A stretch of 64,000 bases of DNA from Mustelus asterias (taxonomy: Eukaryota). Both the position numbers and the translations under genes were made by a program. Shown piece by piece: positions 63,128 through 64,000 of this stretch (its first letter is position 1; the number at the start of each line of letters is the position of its first letter). The notes below the pieces were generated by a model. That model saw only the letters and a program-made list of their open reading frames with translations. It was not told where the DNA came from and ran no database searches. The stretch spans positions 26,040,001 through 26,104,000 of the forward strand of contig NC_135817.1 in assembly GCF_964213995.1 (NCBI RefSeq), given 5' to 3'.

Positions 63128-63679
63128 TTGATGTTTTTAAAGAAATGACAAGTCATATTTTGTACCTGCATTTTTTTTCAACAGACAGTGGGAAAGTATG
63201 AACAAAAAGTATTTGTCCAAGGCCTTTCTTTCCCATTAAGAATTGAAACCTTGAAACTTTGAAAGCAATTGGGCATTTCTTGGATGAATTACATATCCAA
63301 AAATTCTGAGAGATTGATTAATCATGAATACTTTTTCAGAAGATAAATTATTCATCAGAGCATTTCTGTTCCATTTAAGTGATATTATTTTAAAAATTGT
63401 TCTGATCATGCTCCCAAATGCTATGTGTGATTTTCCACTATAGTGGATCCATTGTAAATGCAATGATATGTATACTGCATATGATATGTAAAAATCTACA
63501 CATGGAAGGGAATTTGTAAAATGTAACCTTGTGTTGTTTTGAGCAGAATATTTTGTAATTCTTTGTACCACGAGGGTGTTCATTACTTTCTGTTTCTGCT
63601 GAGGAAAACATGGTTTGCATTCTTTACACGGAATTTACATGGTTATTTCAACTTTTATAGGACGCATGCAAATATTTTG

Positions 63680-64000
63680 AAAACATCAACCATCGTACCT
63701 GTGACTAATTAGCCAGAGGCCAAATTACTTAATGATTTTGGACCTGTGGCTCTCACTTCCTTATTGGCTAAATGTATGGACAGAAATGTTAGTAGCCACC
63801 TCACCTTGTCCGTTTCAGATTATCTCAATCCTTTACAATTTGCTAATAAAGCACATGGGTAGCATCCTTAGTTGCCCTCTCTCTAGTGAACCTGATAACT
63901 GATCACTTTCAACAGCCAATATCTTTCTTTATGTATTGATTTTAGTTCAGTATTCAACACAAAGCAAATCCCTATCCTGTTACAAAGGTTGCTTATTTTC
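63680..64000 (+). mobile_element. Degenerate Rex1/Babar-like RT fragment
   Basis: STIVPV...LNDFGPVALTSLLAKCMDR...LNPLQFA...IDFSSVFNT. Confidence 0.75.

Overview
Vertebrate nuclear DNA, not prokaryotic. The repeat content (HE1-type V-SINEs, CR1, Penelope-like, Harbinger-type MITEs) points to a shark. Two intact genes converge tail-to-tail. TRAPPC2/sedlin (+) has 4 coding exons (3573-8842, 140 aa) and a U12-type AT-AC intron. RAB9A (-) has a single coding exon (16199-15594, 201 aa) plus two predicted non-coding 5' exons. A bidirectional CpG-island promoter at ~0.9-1.5 kb probably also drives OFD1 (inferred from synteny). The ~36 kb upstream of RAB9A has no recognisable gene and is mostly transposon relics, including a deleted Mag-type Gypsy element with both LTRs, PBS, PPT and TSD. 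I see no new multi-gene system. The most interesting signals are small: hammerhead-ribozyme cores in Penelope remnants, a uORF-carrying 28-nt RAB9A microexon flanked by inverted SINEs, a 67-bp inverted duplication, two locally templated insertions, and UPRE/CLEAR-like promoter motifs. Repeat families were recognised by eye and repeat boundaries are approximate unless a TSD is given.
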